64,000 nucleotides of DNA from Escherichia coli (GCF_016026235.1 NZ_CP065613.1); one strand, 5' to 3'. Positions 53,464 through 64,000 are shown, counted from the stretch's first letter. Numbers and translations are program-made. Notes: generated from the letters alone by a model not told the origin.

Positions 53464-53970
53464 ATGAATAATGTATTTCTGTACCGGATGCCTGTTGGCA
53501 TTGCCGGGGCTGTCTCTCGCCCGCAGGACTTAACCGTCGAACCGGTGGTCCTTAAATCCGATAACGCCTTCGCTGCCTATGGCCTGGCTGGTAAATACGA
53601 TGATGACGGTTTTTTCGTGCCGCTGGCAGATGGTGATACCGCAGACAAGGTGAAGGGGATCTACGTGCGCCCTTATCCGACCACGTCGCAGCCGGACATG
53701 GTTCGCCAGGTGGGAACAGGCAAGAACTTCCCGGGCGACGCCATGAAGCGTGGCTACGTGACCGTTAATCTCGGTTCTGATTTTGATGCCAGCACTATCA
53801 AAAAAGGCGATCCGGTATACGTTGTCGTCTCCACTGATGAATCCATCAAAGTGCCGCTGGGTGGATTCATGTCCACGTCAGTCAGTGGCAAAAACGTGGT
53901 GCTGACCAACGCTGAATTCACAGGTGCCGGTGATGCTGACGGCAATGCAGAAATTTCCTGGAAGATTTAA
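53464..53970 (+). CDS. head structural/decoration-like protein
   Basis: 168 aa, directly precedes the putative major capsid gene. Confidence 0.3.
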   Translation: MNNVFLYRMPVGIAGAVSRPQDLTVEPVVLKSDNAFAAYGLAGKYDDDGFFVPLADGDTADKVKGIYVRPYPTTSQPDMVRQVGTGKNFPGDAMKRGYVTVNLGSDFDASTIKKGDPVYVVVSTDESIKVPLGGFMSTSVSGKNVVLTNAEFTGAGDADGNAEISWKI

Positions 53971-53981
53971 GGAACAGACGA

Positions 53982-54923
53982 ATGATTACTTTTGATCAGG
54001 CAACCGTTGACAGCTCTGGTGCCTTTCTCATCGGGGAGCTGGAGCGACTCGACCAGACGCTGAACCTGCCACTGGTGGGGTACACCTGGAGCCGCGATAT
54101 TCAACTGCGTGAAGACGTCTCCATCGCAGATGACATTTCCAGCTGGACGAATACCAGCTTCGCCGCTGCGGGTACTGGCGCAAATCCGAATGGAAAAAAC
54201 TGGGTAGGCAAAGACTCAACCGCTATTGCTGGCGTGAACGTGGATATCGGCAAATCCGGTAACCCGCTGAACCTGTGGGGGATGGAACTTGGCTGGACGG
54301 TCATAGAATTGCAGGCTGCTCAGCAGGTCGGCCGCCCGATTGATACGCAGAAGTATGACGGTATGCAACTGAAATGGCAGATGGATAACGATGAACAGGT
54401 ATATGTTGGCGATTCCGCATTAAACCTGAAAGGCCTTGTTACCCTGGACGGCGTGCCTGTCAACAACGCTGCCAAAACGTGGGCAACCTCAACACCGGAC
54501 GAAATCCGCGCAAGCATTAACCAGGTGCTGTCTGATGCGTGGGCCGCTTCTGGTTACTCTGTGGTTCCGCGTGATTTGCTGATCCCGCCTGAGCAGTTTG
54601 CTCTGTTGTCCAGCATCATCGTTTCATCTGCAGGTAACCAGTCCCTGTTGACGTACCTTCAGACCAACACCATCAGCTATCACCAGAACGGTGTTCCGCT
54701 GAATATCCGCGCGGTTAAATGGCTGAAAGGCCGTGGTGTGGGGAATAAGGATCGCATGGTTGCGTACACCAACGATAAAAAATACGTCCGCTACCCGCTG
54801 GTTCCGCTTCAGAGCGTGCCGGTGCAGTATCGCGGTCTGTATCAGATCGTCACTTACTACGGCAAGCTGGGTGCAGTCGAGCCAGTGTACAAAGAAACCA
54901 TTTCGTACGTTGATGGCATTTAA
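53982..54923 (+). CDS. putative major capsid protein
   Basis: 313 aa, size and position typical; no search run. Confidence 0.45.
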   Translation: MITFDQATVDSSGAFLIGELERLDQTLNLPLVGYTWSRDIQLREDVSIADDISSWTNTSFAAAGTGANPNGKNWVGKDSTAIAGVNVDIGKSGNPLNLWGMELGWTVIELQAAQQVGRPIDTQKYDGMQLKWQMDNDEQVYVGDSALNLKGLVTLDGVPVNNAAKTWATSTPDEIRASINQVLSDAWAASGYSVVPRDLLIPPEQFALLSSIIVSSAGNQSLLTYLQTNTISYHQNGVPLNIRAVKWLKGRGVGNKDRMVAYTNDKKYVRYPLVPLQSVPVQYRGLYQIVTYYGKLGAVEPVYKETISYVDGI

Positions 54924-54964
54924 CAGCCATATGGCCCCCTGGCGGGGCCATTAAGGATGACCCG

Positions 54965-55186
54965 ATGGCAAAAAATAATGCAGTAATACACGTACATACC
55001 CCGTTTGTGCTCACGCTTCCCGACGGTTCGCGGCGCGAGTTTGTTAAAGGCCGTCATGCAGTGGAGGAAGACGTTGCCACGCACTGGTTCACTCGTGCGC
55101 ACGCGGAAGTATCCGTTGGCAAAGCCACAGACGCGCGTAACGAGGTAAAAAATGCCAAAGAATCAAAGTCTGCCAGCGGTAAGTGA
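54965..55186 (+). CDS. hypothetical head protein (73 aa)
   Basis: ORF in structural operon. Confidence 0.3.
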   Translation: MAKNNAVIHVHTPFVLTLPDGSRREFVKGRHAVEEDVATHWFTRAHAEVSVGKATDARNEVKNAKESKSASGK

Positions 55187-55559
55187 TTTTCGCCGCGACT
55201 TCCCGCAGTTTGCTGACCCTGCCAAATATCCCGAAGCGCAAATCCAGTTTCGTCTGAATCTGGCCGATGAACTGCTGAGCGAAAACGTCACCGAAAAAAA
55301 GTTGTTTCCGTACTTTGCCGGATTGTTCGTTGCGCACTACATGACGCTCTGGGCGGCAGACAGCCGGGCGATGCTGGCTGGTGGTCCGGGCGGTTCAACC
55401 AATGGTGTTCAGTCCTCAAAGTCCGTGGATAAGGTAAGCGTCAGTTATGACACCAGCGCGACGCTGAATCCTGATGCAGGTTTCTGGAATAACACCCGAT
55501 ATGGCGCTGAATTTTATCAGTTGATCACGATGTTCGGTGCAGGCGGTCGCCAGCTATGA
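55152..55559 (+). CDS. hypothetical head-tail joining protein
   Basis: 135 aa, overlapping stop/start arrangement. Confidence 0.3.
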   Translation: MPKNQSLPAVSDFRRDFPQFADPAKYPEAQIQFRLNLADELLSENVTEKKLFPYFAGLFVAHYMTLWAADSRAMLAGGPGGSTNGVQSSKSVDKVSVSYDTSATLNPDAGFWNNTRYGAEFYQLITMFGAGGRQL

Positions 55560-56044
55560 GTTTCAAAAGCGGTGTAACAACGAGGGTGGATAACGCTCAG
55601 GCCATTCTGGATGCGCTCAGGTCGTTAACCAAAAAAGATGTGCTGGTCGGCATCCCTTCGGAAGACAGCGAGCGGGATGATGTTCCGTTTGGTAATGCGG
55701 GCATCGGTTACCTCAACGAATACGGCTCACCGGCGCAAAACATCCCGCCACGACCTCACCTGGTCCCCGGCGTTAAATCGGTAGAAGAACAGACAGTGCC
55801 GCAGCTCAAAGCAGCGGCGCAGGCTGCGCTTGATGGTAATGCGGCGGGTGCGGAAAGAGCGCTCAACCGTGCCGGAACGCTGGCCGCTAATGGCGTCAGG
55901 CGTTACATGACCATTACCGGCTTTACGCCGCTTGCTGACAGTACTGTTGAAGCCCGGGCTCGTCGGGGCGCAAGGGGGCAACACTGGAACTTGCCCGGCG
56001 TGCTGCTGGCGAATCTCCGGGAACCGAACTGGCGAAACCATTAA
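55556..56044 (+). CDS. hypothetical head-tail joining protein
   Basis: 162 aa, translationally coupled. Confidence 0.3.
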   Translation: MSFKSGVTTRVDNAQAILDALRSLTKKDVLVGIPSEDSERDDVPFGNAGIGYLNEYGSPAQNIPPRPHLVPGVKSVEEQTVPQLKAAAQAALDGNAAGAERALNRAGTLAANGVRRYMTITGFTPLADSTVEARARRGARGQHWNLPGVLLANLREPNWRNH

Positions 56045-56095
56045 TTGACACCGGGCAATATCGCAGAGCGATTACCCATGTTGTGAGGGATAAAG

Positions 56096-56485
56096 ATGCC
56101 GACTCTTGATGTAACAGATGTGCTTTTTGACCCCGATTTTTGCGACTTCAATTTGTGGGTAACACGCCGTGTGCAAACGGTGGATGAGGATGGGATCGGC
56201 AGCGACAGCGAAGTTAAAAAGCAGTTTGCCGGAGTCGTTACTGTTGATCGCTCTCTGGAAAACCGTCGTATGCAGGCCGGGCAGGTAATCAGTGGTGCAA
56301 TTCTGATTGTGACGACTGAGCGACTGACGCAGGGACAGACTGGCCGTGATGCCGATATCGTGACGTATCAGGGCCGTGATTATCGTGTGACTTTCGTCGA
56401 CCCGTATACAGCGTATGGTGCCGGATTCGTTCAGGCGCATTGTGAGTTGCTGCCGTTTGATGGGGGAATTCCGGTTGAGCAATAA
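56096..56485 (+). CDS. hypothetical structural protein
   Basis: 129 aa with RBS. Confidence 0.3.
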   Translation: MPTLDVTDVLFDPDFCDFNLWVTRRVQTVDEDGIGSDSEVKKQFAGVVTVDRSLENRRMQAGQVISGAILIVTTERLTQGQTGRDADIVTYQGRDYRVTFVDPYTAYGAGFVQAHCELLPFDGGIPVEQ

Positions 56486-57023
56486 CACCAGCACAGAGCG
56501 CGGATGGCTGATACCAACCAGTGGCGATCCGGATTATGACGAAGCGCTCGACAGGCTGTTAAGCCAGTGGATGCGTAACGTTTCCGGTCTGTCTGCCGGG
56601 ATGGTTCGTCCGCGCTGGCAGAAAGAGCAGCCGCCACTGCTACCGGCTGAAACGAGCTGGTGTGCGTTTGGGGTTATCGGATGGTCAGGTGATGACAGTC
56701 CGGCATTCACCAGACAGACCGATGATGGCTCTCAGCTCTGGCGGCATGAAACGATTGAGTGTATGGCTTCGTTTTATGGTCCGGCGGGGATGGTGTATGC
56801 GTCCCGGTTTCGTGACGGTATATCTGTGCCGCAGAACAATGCAGCACTGAATGCGCTGGGGCTGTCTCTTGGCGATTACACAGGTCTGACTCCCTTCCCT
56901 GAACTTATTAATCAGCAATGGGTCCGCCGCTACGATATGACGGTGCGTCTGCGCCGGAAGGTTGTGCGCGAGTACGGTATTAAATCGCTGGTGGAAGCAC
57001 CAGTCATCTTTTTCGGAGATTAA
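56460..57023 (+). CDS. hypothetical structural protein (start uncertain)
   Basis: ORF-track ORF 56415..57023; internal Met chosen to limit overlap. Confidence 0.3.
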   Translation: MGEFRLSNNTSTERGWLIPTSGDPDYDEALDRLLSQWMRNVSGLSAGMVRPRWQKEQPPLLPAETSWCAFGVIGWSGDDSPAFTRQTDDGSQLWRHETIECMASFYGPAGMVYASRFRDGISVPQNNAALNALGLSLGDYTGLTPFPELINQQWVRRYDMTVRLRRKVVREYGIKSLVEAPVIFFGD

Positions 57024-57026
57024 GCT

Positions 57027-58172
57027 ATGGCACAGGGCTTGCCTGTATCAAACGTTGTTAATGTTGATGTGATCATGTCGCCGCGTGCAGCATCAGGGCG
57101 AAATTTTGGTGCATTACTCATTCTCGGCCCGTCCACAATCATTCCGGTAAGTGAGCGCATTCGCCGTTATTCTGCTGCGGAAGATATTGGAAAAGATTTT
57201 GGCGTGGAATCACCAGAATATAAGGCTGCGCAGGTGTTTTTCTCACAATCACCGAAACCTCAGGAGGTTTTTGTTGGTCGTTGGGTGAAAACGAAGGGAG
57301 ACAGCGAACAGGCCACGCCTGAGACGCTGGAGCAGGCTGTGAATGCCATGCTTGATTATACTTCATGGTATGGGCTGGGGATTGCAGACGATGCAGATAT
57401 TCCGGATGCAGACTGGCTGAAAGTGGCTGCGGCGATCGAATCCTCTTCTGTAAGCCGTATTCTGGCGATTACGACAAGCGATGAGAAATGCCTGCAGACT
57501 GCATCCAGCGATGATTTGGCATCAAAACTGAAAACCGCCGGATATTCACGCAGTTTTATTCAGTATTCATCGGGTAATAAATACGCTGCGTTATCTGCAT
57601 TTGGCCGGGCATTCACGGTTAATTTCAATGGCAGTAATACCGCGATTACGCTCAAGTTTAAGCAGGAGCCGGGTGTCGGGTATGAAACACTGACAGTCAG
57701 CCAGGCATCGGCACTTGATGCAAAAAACTGCAATGTATTCGTGTACTACCAGAATGATACGGCTATCCTCCAGCAGGGAGTGATGGCTAACGGCGATTTC
57801 TTTGATGAACGCCACGGCCTGGACTGGTTACAGAATTATGTGCAGACCAACCTCTATAACCTGCTTTATACCAGCACCACGAAAGTACCCCAGAGTGAAG
57901 CCGGTATTACCCGACTGTTATCAAGTGTTGAAAAATCACTGGATCAGGCCGTTCAGAATGGACTGATTGCTCCGGGCGTATGGAACGGTGGCGACCTTGG
58001 TCAGTTGTCATCAGGTGACACGCTGCCCAAAGGTTATTACGTATACGCCCAGCCGCTGGATGAACAGGCACAATCAGAACGTGAAGCCCGTAAGGCTCCG
58101 GTGATTCAGGCTGCAATAAAACTTGCAGGCGCGGTTCATTACGCTGACGTACAGATTAACGTTGTTCGCTAA
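57027..58172 (+). CDS. putative tail sheath protein
   Basis: 381 aa, followed by a tube-sized protein, chaperone-sized protein and tape measure. Confidence 0.4.
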   Translation: MAQGLPVSNVVNVDVIMSPRAASGRNFGALLILGPSTIIPVSERIRRYSAAEDIGKDFGVESPEYKAAQVFFSQSPKPQEVFVGRWVKTKGDSEQATPETLEQAVNAMLDYTSWYGLGIADDADIPDADWLKVAAAIESSSVSRILAITTSDEKCLQTASSDDLASKLKTAGYSRSFIQYSSGNKYAALSAFGRAFTVNFNGSNTAITLKFKQEPGVGYETLTVSQASALDAKNCNVFVYYQNDTAILQQGVMANGDFFDERHGLDWLQNYVQTNLYNLLYTSTTKVPQSEAGITRLLSSVEKSLDQAVQNGLIAPGVWNGGDLGQLSSGDTLPKGYYVYAQPLDEQAQSEREARKAPVIQAAIKLAGAVHYADVQINVVR

Positions 58173-58182
58173 GGGGAAGTGA

Positions 58183-58623
58183 ATGTCTACCTATTCTTTT
58201 ATGGATGTCACTGCGACGCTGACCGGGCCGACCGGTTCGATTGACCTCGGGTACGGTTCGGCAAGTTCTGAAGAGGGGATTGTGGTTGCGATGGGCGGTC
58301 CTAAAAACACCATGACCATCGGTGCTGATGGCGAAGTGATGCACAGTCTCCATGCAGATAAAAGCGGGACGATTACCGTTAACCTTCTGAAGACATCACC
58401 GACAAATAAAAAATTGTCGCTGGCGTATAACGCACAGAGCCAGTCTTCTGCCACATGGGGGAATAACGTTATTGTGATCCGAAACAAGGTCAGCGGCGAC
58501 ATCATCACGGCACGCAGTGTTGCGTTCCAGAAACAACCGGATAACGCCAACGCTAAAACCGGTAATACGATGCCGTGGGTGCTTGACTGCGGCAAGATTG
58601 ACCAGGTTCTCGGGGAGTTTTAA
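58183..58623 (+). CDS. putative tail tube protein
   Basis: 146 aa directly after sheath candidate. Confidence 0.4.
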   Translation: MSTYSFMDVTATLTGPTGSIDLGYGSASSEEGIVVAMGGPKNTMTIGADGEVMHSLHADKSGTITVNLLKTSPTNKKLSLAYNAQSQSSATWGNNVIVIRNKVSGDIITARSVAFQKQPDNANAKTGNTMPWVLDCGKIDQVLGEF

Positions 58624-58626
58624 TAC

Positions 58627-59079
58627 ATGGAATTCGAAATCAAAGGCGTGAAATATCGCGCGGCAAAACTCAGCGTTTTTGACCAGCTGAAAGTGACCCG
58701 CAAACTTCTGCCGGTGCTGGCAGGAATGATGTCAGATTTCGGGAGCATTCGCTCCCGTTTGCCTGCTGACGGCAAAATAGACACCGTGAAATTCGAGCAG
58801 TTAAAACCGGTGTTTGAAACCATGCTCCCGCGTATCGCTGAGGAACTGTCTTCCCTGACCGAAGATGACACCAGTGCAATTATTCATCCCTGTCTTGCGG
58901 TGGTGTCGCGGCGTCATATGGACGGATGGGTGCCGGTATTTACCCAGGGCGAACTGATGTTTGATGATATTGACCTGCTGGTCATGCTGCAGCTGGTGGC
59001 GCGGGTGGTCGCCGATTCGCTAGGAAATTTTTTGCAAGGACACCCTACCAAAGAGACGCCCATCCCGCCAGCGGAATAA
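58627..59079 (+). CDS. putative tail assembly chaperone
   Basis: 150 aa, position before tape measure. Confidence 0.3.
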   Translation: MEFEIKGVKYRAAKLSVFDQLKVTRKLLPVLAGMMSDFGSIRSRLPADGKIDTVKFEQLKPVFETMLPRIAEELSSLTEDDTSAIIHPCLAVVSRRHMDGWVPVFTQGELMFDDIDLLVMLQLVARVVADSLGNFLQGHPTKETPIPPAE

Positions 59080-59256
59080 CCTTCAATAGCCTGCCGGGTG
59101 GTGAAGATTTTATTCTTCGTCCGGCGCTTGCCTTCCATATTGACCAGAAAGATCTTAACAGTGGTGCGGTAGATCTCTGTCGCATCGCGCTTCTTAATGA
59201 CTACCTTGATATGTGCGAGGACAACGATGTCCGGGTAGAAAAATGGAGAGAGGATA

Positions 59257-61209
59257 ATGAACGCCGAGACTATTAAAGATTTCCTCGTCTCGCTTGGCTT
59301 CAGTGTGGATGATGCAGGAGCGAAAAAGTTCGGTTCTGTCCTCGCCGGTACAACTGCAAATGTCATCAAAATGGGGCTGGCTGTTGAAGGAGCTGCGCTG
59401 TCCGTGGTGGCCTTCACGGCTAAGATCGCCTCCGGTCTGGATAATCTTTACTGGGCGTCACAGCGCACCGGCGCGACAGTCCAGGGAATTCAGTCTATTG
59501 GCTATGCGGTTTCGCAGGTTGGCGGCAGCGTGGACGCTGCGCGATCTTCTCTGGAAAGCCTCTCCCGGTTTATTCGTAACAATCCCGGTGCAGAAGGCTT
59601 TCTGAATCGCCTGGGCGTACAGACCCGTGATGCCAGCGGTAACATGCGTGACATGGCCGCTATTTTTACTGGTGTAGGCCAGAAGCTCAGCGGTATGCCG
59701 TATTACCGGGCTAACCAGTATGCGCAGATGCTGGGCATTGACGAAAATACCCTTATGGCTATGCGTCGCGGAGTGGGGCAGTTCAGCGCTCAGTATTCAG
59801 AAATGGTGAAAGCGATCGGATTTAATGCCGATCAGGCTGCCTTATCGTCAAACCGGTTTATGACCTCGCTGAAATCGCTCGGTGAAATGGCCGGGATGGC
59901 GCGGGACAAAATCGGATCGAATCTTGCGGACGGACTGGCGGGGCAGATTGATAACCTGCGCAAAAAGATAATTGAAAATTTTCCCAAAATTGAAGTCACC
60001 ATCACAAAGGTCATAAAGGGGATCCTCTGGCTGGGTGAGATAGTCGGGCGGGGTGCATTCCGGATAGTCGATGGTGTCGGAGATATCATCGAGTGGTGGG
60101 GGAAACTGGATGCCGAAACGAAAACCCTGATAGAGGTTATCGGCGGTCTGGTTGTCGCCATGCGGATACTTAACTCTACTTTCTGGATGTCACCTATAGG
60201 GCTGATTACCGGTCTGATCGTGGCTCTCGGTCTCTTGTGGGAAGACTACAAAACATGGAAAGAAGGCGGTAACAGTCTTATCGACTGGGAAAAATGGCAA
60301 CCAGCAATAGATAAAGCGAAGGATGCGATCACCTGGCTTCGTGATCACCTTCTGGAACTAAAAGATGGTGTTGGCGGCTGGCAAAATGCACTGGAAATCC
60401 TCGGTACATTCATCGCGGGTGTCTGGGTATCCAAGGTTCTGGGGGCTTTCGGGAAAATATCAGGTTTGCTGGTCCCGCCGTGGTTAAAAGGCTGGATGGC
60501 TTATGCTGCGTATTTGTACTCTGATCGCGAAAATATTGGTGCCAGTGCGAAGTCATCCTGGGATTACACGAAACAAAATATTGGAGGTTCATTGCGCTGG
60601 CTTGGCATTGATACCGATTTTGGTCGTAATCCTCATACCGTAAAAGGCGCAAATATTCAGTCAGATATTCCAGGTGCTGAGCCGGAACAACATGCGCAGT
60701 CTACGAAGCGTACTTTAGCCGATCGGAATAACAATCCAGGGAATATTCGCCCGGTGAGCGGTAAAGGGTTCCGGTTTTTCGAATCAGCTCTTGAGGGCTG
60801 GGAGGCGATGAAAAACCAGCTCATGCGTTACTTTACTGGGAAAACAACCGGACGGGCATTACAGACTATTCAGGATATTGTCAGTACCTGGGCCCCGGCA
60901 GGTGATAACAACGATCCGAAAAAGTATGCACAGGATGTTGCGAAATGGATGGGAGTATCACCGAATGCAATATTGAATCTTACAGATCCCCGGACTATGG
61001 GAGCATTGATGCAGTCGATGGCGCGCAAAGAAGGTTATTCAAACTGGAACAGCCCGCTGGCGTATCAGGCCGCCGCTGGCAACCTTAACCAGCAGACTGT
61101 TATAAATGTTCATGGAGTTAACAACCCTCAGGAGGCGGCTAATCTGATCGCTGACAAGCAGGGGGCTGTAAATGCCAGGGCGGTACAGCAATTGAAAGGA
61201 CCTGCGTAA
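59257..61209 (+). CDS. putative tail tape measure protein
   Basis: 650 aa, helical N-terminal half with central hydrophobic segments (LIEVIGGLVVAMRILNSTFWMSPIGLITGLIVALGLL). Confidence 0.45.
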   Translation: MNAETIKDFLVSLGFSVDDAGAKKFGSVLAGTTANVIKMGLAVEGAALSVVAFTAKIASGLDNLYWASQRTGATVQGIQSIGYAVSQVGGSVDAARSSLESLSRFIRNNPGAEGFLNRLGVQTRDASGNMRDMAAIFTGVGQKLSGMPYYRANQYAQMLGIDENTLMAMRRGVGQFSAQYSEMVKAIGFNADQAALSSNRFMTSLKSLGEMAGMARDKIGSNLADGLAGQIDNLRKKIIENFPKIEVTITKVIKGILWLGEIVGRGAFRIVDGVGDIIEWWGKLDAETKTLIEVIGGLVVAMRILNSTFWMSPIGLITGLIVALGLLWEDYKTWKEGGNSLIDWEKWQPAIDKAKDAITWLRDHLLELKDGVGGWQNALEILGTFIAGVWVSKVLGAFGKISGLLVPPWLKGWMAYAAYLYSDRENIGASAKSSWDYTKQNIGGSLRWLGIDTDFGRNPHTVKGANIQSDIPGAEPEQHAQSTKRTLADRNNNPGNIRPVSGKGFRFFESALEGWEAMKNQLMRYFTGKTTGRALQTIQDIVSTWAPAGDNNDPKKYAQDVAKWMGVSPNAILNLTDPRTMGALMQSMARKEGYSNWNSPLAYQAAAGNLNQQTVINVHGVNNPQEAANLIADKQGAVNARAVQQLKGPA

Positions 61210-61859
61210 TGGACTTTTTATCTGTTTTACTGCAGCAGCGAACCCGCTCAATAGGAATCATTATTCCTGATGTGGTTATTACCGAAAAGCACACTGACGC
61301 CTTGGAAATTACGGAACATCCGGTTGAACAGCCCACGAATGCTGGTGCCAGTGGTGAGGGCGCTGGTTACATATCAGAACACGCATTCAGGCGCCCTTCT
61401 GAGGTTGTGATGGAAACCGGTTTTTCCGGAGGCGGATCGCTGCTTGATTTTGCCAGTAACCTGACTGCTACCAGTTTACTGGGGCTGAGCCCGAAAGAAC
61501 TGTATCAGGAACTGCTTAACTTGCAGCGGAATCGTATTCCTTTCGATGTGACAACCGGCAAGCGTATTTACAACAATATGTTGATAAAAACGCTGGAGGT
61601 CACGACCGATAAGAGTAGTGAAAATGTGCTTCTGGCGACACTTACCCTCAGGGAAGTAATTATTACCTCCACGCAGTCAGTCAGGGTTGCCCCGAAAAAC
61701 AATATGACCGAGGGAGTCGGAACGTCTGCTGTGCAGAATACAGGCACCAAAACAACGGTGCCGCCGAATAATTCCATTCTGAAATCGCTGCCACAGATGG
61801 CGCAAGAAGGTATCTCCACTGTTGATGGGTATTTGAGCAATTTATTTCTGGGAAGGTGA
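61209..61859 (+). CDS. putative tail/baseplate protein
   Basis: 216 aa, stop/start overlap with tape measure. Confidence 0.3.
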   Translation: MDFLSVLLQQRTRSIGIIIPDVVITEKHTDALEITEHPVEQPTNAGASGEGAGYISEHAFRRPSEVVMETGFSGGGSLLDFASNLTATSLLGLSPKELYQELLNLQRNRIPFDVTTGKRIYNNMLIKTLEVTTDKSSENVLLATLTLREVIITSTQSVRVAPKNNMTEGVGTSAVQNTGTKTTVPPNNSILKSLPQMAQEGISTVDGYLSNLFLGR

Positions 61860-61862
61860 TTC

Positions 61863-62165
61863 ATGAAAGCCGTAGAAATCCCACTGGTTGCTGACAATCA
61901 GACTTTTGCCACCACAATTAACGGTTCGGTTTATCACCTGTCTGTCATCTGGCGAGGCGAGTGCTGGGTTCTGGATCTTGCTGACAGCAATGGCTCCGCC
62001 ATTATATCAGGTATACCGATGATTACGGGGGCTGACCTGCTGGCACAGTATCGATATATGGATCTGGGTTTTTCTCTGGTGGTGCTCTGCGACGTGGCAG
62101 GGCAGGAGAATCCGACGCAATTCGATCTTGGAACGCTCTCACACCTCTATGTTTTCACGGAGTAA
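61863..62165 (+). CDS. hypothetical tail protein
   Basis: 100 aa. Confidence 0.3.
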   Translation: MKAVEIPLVADNQTFATTINGSVYHLSVIWRGECWVLDLADSNGSAIISGIPMITGADLLAQYRYMDLGFSLVVLCDVAGQENPTQFDLGTLSHLYVFTE

Positions 62166-62167
62166 CA

Positions 62168-63208
62168 ATGTCGAAAAACTGGATGCGTCACTTTGAATTA
62201 TTGCTTGTTGATGATAAGGGCGACGGGATAAAAATTTCTGAGCTTAAAGTCACTTTCAATATTCAGAAAATGCCTGCGACCATATTTAATGGATTTGTTG
62301 GAAATTTTAAGGTTTATAACCTGTCTCCTACCACTCAGAACCGGATTATGCAGAAGGAGTTTTCGCGTATACAGGTTATTGCCGGATACAAGGGGCAACC
62401 GGATGCAGCAGGTAATTATCCTGATGAAAACGTTGGTATGATATTCAATGGAGATATCCGTTTTACTGTCACTGGTAAAGATAATGCCACAGACAGTTGG
62501 ATCATGTTGCAGTGTATTGACAGCTGGGAAGGCCACCTGAACGCAAGTGTGAAAACCACAGTGGCTGCTGGCTGGAAGTACAGCGATCTTTTCAGTCTGG
62601 GTATGAAATCATTCGAACCATATGGCATCGAATCCGGTGCAGTTCCTGACATGCCTGAAACGGTATTTCCCCGAGGTCGCGTTGTTTATCAAAACACATC
62701 AAGGTTGATGAATCATATCGCAGGGCAGTGTAAAGCTAACTGGTGGTATGAAAATAATCTGGTAAATATTGTTCCTGAAGATAAATATATTGGTGTTGCT
62801 ACGGTGTTGAATGCTAACACCGGGCTTATCAGTATGCCACAGCAGACGATGGGAGCTGGCGTAAATGTCAGATGTCTGATTAATCCAAATATTAAGCTCG
62901 GTGGGCTTATTCGTCTGGATCAGGCATCTGTATACCGTGCCTCTTTGAGTAATGACCAGGTAGCGAAATCGCCAGCACGACTGGATGAGTCTGAAAGCGA
63001 CGGTAATCTCTACGTTAACGGTCTGCCAGGCATGTCACAGCCTGCCAGCATTAATACTGACGGTGATTACATTGTGGGCAGCATTGATTATACTGGCGAC
63101 ACCCGAGGGCAGGCGTGGTATATGGACCTGCTTTGCCTGGCTAAAGGGAGTAAAAGTTTACTCACTCCTGATACGATAGCGAAAATAAGTGGGGTACCAA
63201 ATGCTTAA
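62168..63208 (+). CDS. putative baseplate protein
   Basis: 346 aa. Confidence 0.3.
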   Translation: MSKNWMRHFELLLVDDKGDGIKISELKVTFNIQKMPATIFNGFVGNFKVYNLSPTTQNRIMQKEFSRIQVIAGYKGQPDAAGNYPDENVGMIFNGDIRFTVTGKDNATDSWIMLQCIDSWEGHLNASVKTTVAAGWKYSDLFSLGMKSFEPYGIESGAVPDMPETVFPRGRVVYQNTSRLMNHIAGQCKANWWYENNLVNIVPEDKYIGVATVLNANTGLISMPQQTMGAGVNVRCLINPNIKLGGLIRLDQASVYRASLSNDQVAKSPARLDESESDGNLYVNGLPGMSQPASINTDGDYIVGSIDYTGDTRGQAWYMDLLCLAKGSKSLLTPDTIAKISGVPNA

Positions 63209-63443
63209 ATGGATCTTATTACTGGTATATTTTGTGACTTTGTCTTCTGTGGCTGCGGTAACATGCACCACTTCAAATACAGGAACAACTTACTGTACTG
63301 GTACAGACAGTAGTGGTTCTACAGTTAAAACAGAATCTTATACAACCAATACAGGTACTACGTATACCACAGGAACGATTAATGGGAGTGCAGTACATCG
63401 TGAATGCCAGGCGACCAATACTGGCACAACGTACTGTAATTAA
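63189..63443 (+). CDS. small secreted Thr/Gly-rich repeat protein
   Basis: signal peptide MLKWILLLVYFVTLSSVAAV then three TNTGTTY(C/T) repeats with spaced Cys. Confidence 0.4.
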   Translation: MGYQMLKWILLLVYFVTLSSVAAVTCTTSNTGTTYCTGTDSSGSTVKTESYTTNTGTTYTTGTINGSAVHRECQATNTGTTYCN

Positions 63444-63478
63444 TTTTTTTAAGAAATCAGCTATAAGAGACATTTGTA

Positions 63479-63820
63479 ATGAAGAAAATATTCCTTCTCG
63501 CAGTGTTGACTCCAACAATTTGTGTAGGTGGAACGCTGAATGATTTTTTTGGACTGCACACCTCACTGGCTGATAACTACATCATCAAGAGAGAGATCAC
63601 AAATAGGGCTGTTTCTAATGCGGCTATGGACGCTGTATCTAATGGTCGTGAGGCGGATTTTGGTGATGAGTTAATGAAAGAACATGGTGATAGTTATGGT
63701 GAAATAGCTCTGCGTCAACTCGCTTTCGAGTGCGGTTATTCTTTTTCCGATAGTGGCCAATCTCTTACGATTCTAAAAAAAGAAGAATGTAGATTGGTGC
63801 TATCTGAAAATAAGAAATGA
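63479..63820 (+). CDS. small secreted hypothetical protein
   Basis: signal peptide MKKIFLLAVLTPTICVGG; own RBS; AT-rich, lower GC than neighbours. Confidence 0.4.
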   Translation: MKKIFLLAVLTPTICVGGTLNDFFGLHTSLADNYIIKREITNRAVSNAAMDAVSNGREADFGDELMKEHGDSYGEIALRQLAFECGYSFSDSGQSLTILKKEECRLVLSENKK

Positions 63821-63882
63821 GTTCGCTAAATTAACTTTTCACGGTAATTGCTTCTATCACCATGGAAAGAAAACTAGCTACA

Positions 63883-63912
63883 TAAAACCCGCCTTCGAGT
63901 GGGTTTTTTGCT
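63883..63912 (+). terminator. rho-independent terminator
   Basis: aaacccgcc-ttcgag-tgggtttttt. Confidence 0.6.
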
Positions 63913-63928
63913 TTCTGGAGGCATATGA

Positions 63929-64000
63929 ATGCCAGTTTCTTTAAGCGCTCAACTTGGTAGCAAAGAACAGGCCGATGTAAGACTTGCTGGCTCTGTCATG
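63929..64000 (+). CDS. 5' end of a further prophage gene (truncated by window end)
   Basis: GGAGG RBS then ATG; MPVSLSAQLGSKEQADVRLAGSVM... continues past window. Confidence 0.35.
   Translation, partial: MPVSLSAQLGSKEQADVRLAGSVM

Noticed and set aside
59080-59256. Possible programmed -1 frameshift chaperone extension before the tape measure gene
   Set aside because: A 177-nt gap exists between the chaperone-like ORF and the tape measure, but I could not identify a slippery site or an overlapping extended frame by eye.

Overview
Enterobacterial (E. coli-like) chromosome. Positions 1-30.2 kb are a conserved host backbone: mngB (3' part), cydABX-ybgE, ybgC-tolQRA, tolB-pal-cpoB, the seven-gene lysT tRNA operon, nadA-pnuC, zitB, ybgS, aroG, gpmA, galETKM (reverse), modF, modE, acrZ, modABC, ybhA. 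From about 30.2 kb to the window end is the left ~34 kb of a mosaic lambdoid prophage, inserted at the start codon of pgl next to ybhA. Its modules in order: lambda-type int/xis; a RecE-N-terminal-like protein plus an AAA_24 (Sak4-like) ATPase; a Rac-like immunity and replication region (repressor, YdaS/YdaT/YdaU/YdaV-like); a nin-like region carrying a QueH-like gene and a hok-type toxin; a Q-like antiterminator; four phage tRNAs (Ile2-CAU, Arg-UCU, Thr-UGU, Gly-UCC); phage-21-type lysis genes (dual-start pinholin, SAR endolysin, Rz with embedded Rz1); then terminase, portal, head and a sheath/tube/tape-measure tail module. The most notable points are: loss of the galE stop codon giving an in-frame GalE-GalT fusion ORF; the prophage-borne QueH-like gene close to rare-codon tRNAs; a hok-type toxin locus; an exonuclease-less RecE-like recombination module; an opposite-strand cargo gene at the sieB/rex position next to a 22-bp perfect inverted repeat; and a YqaA-like membrane gene between lysis and terminase. 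All identifications rest on reading the six-frame translations, motif recognition and recalled reference sequences; no database search was run. Base-level coordinates that I counted by hand may be off by 1-2 nt, especially near homopolymer runs.
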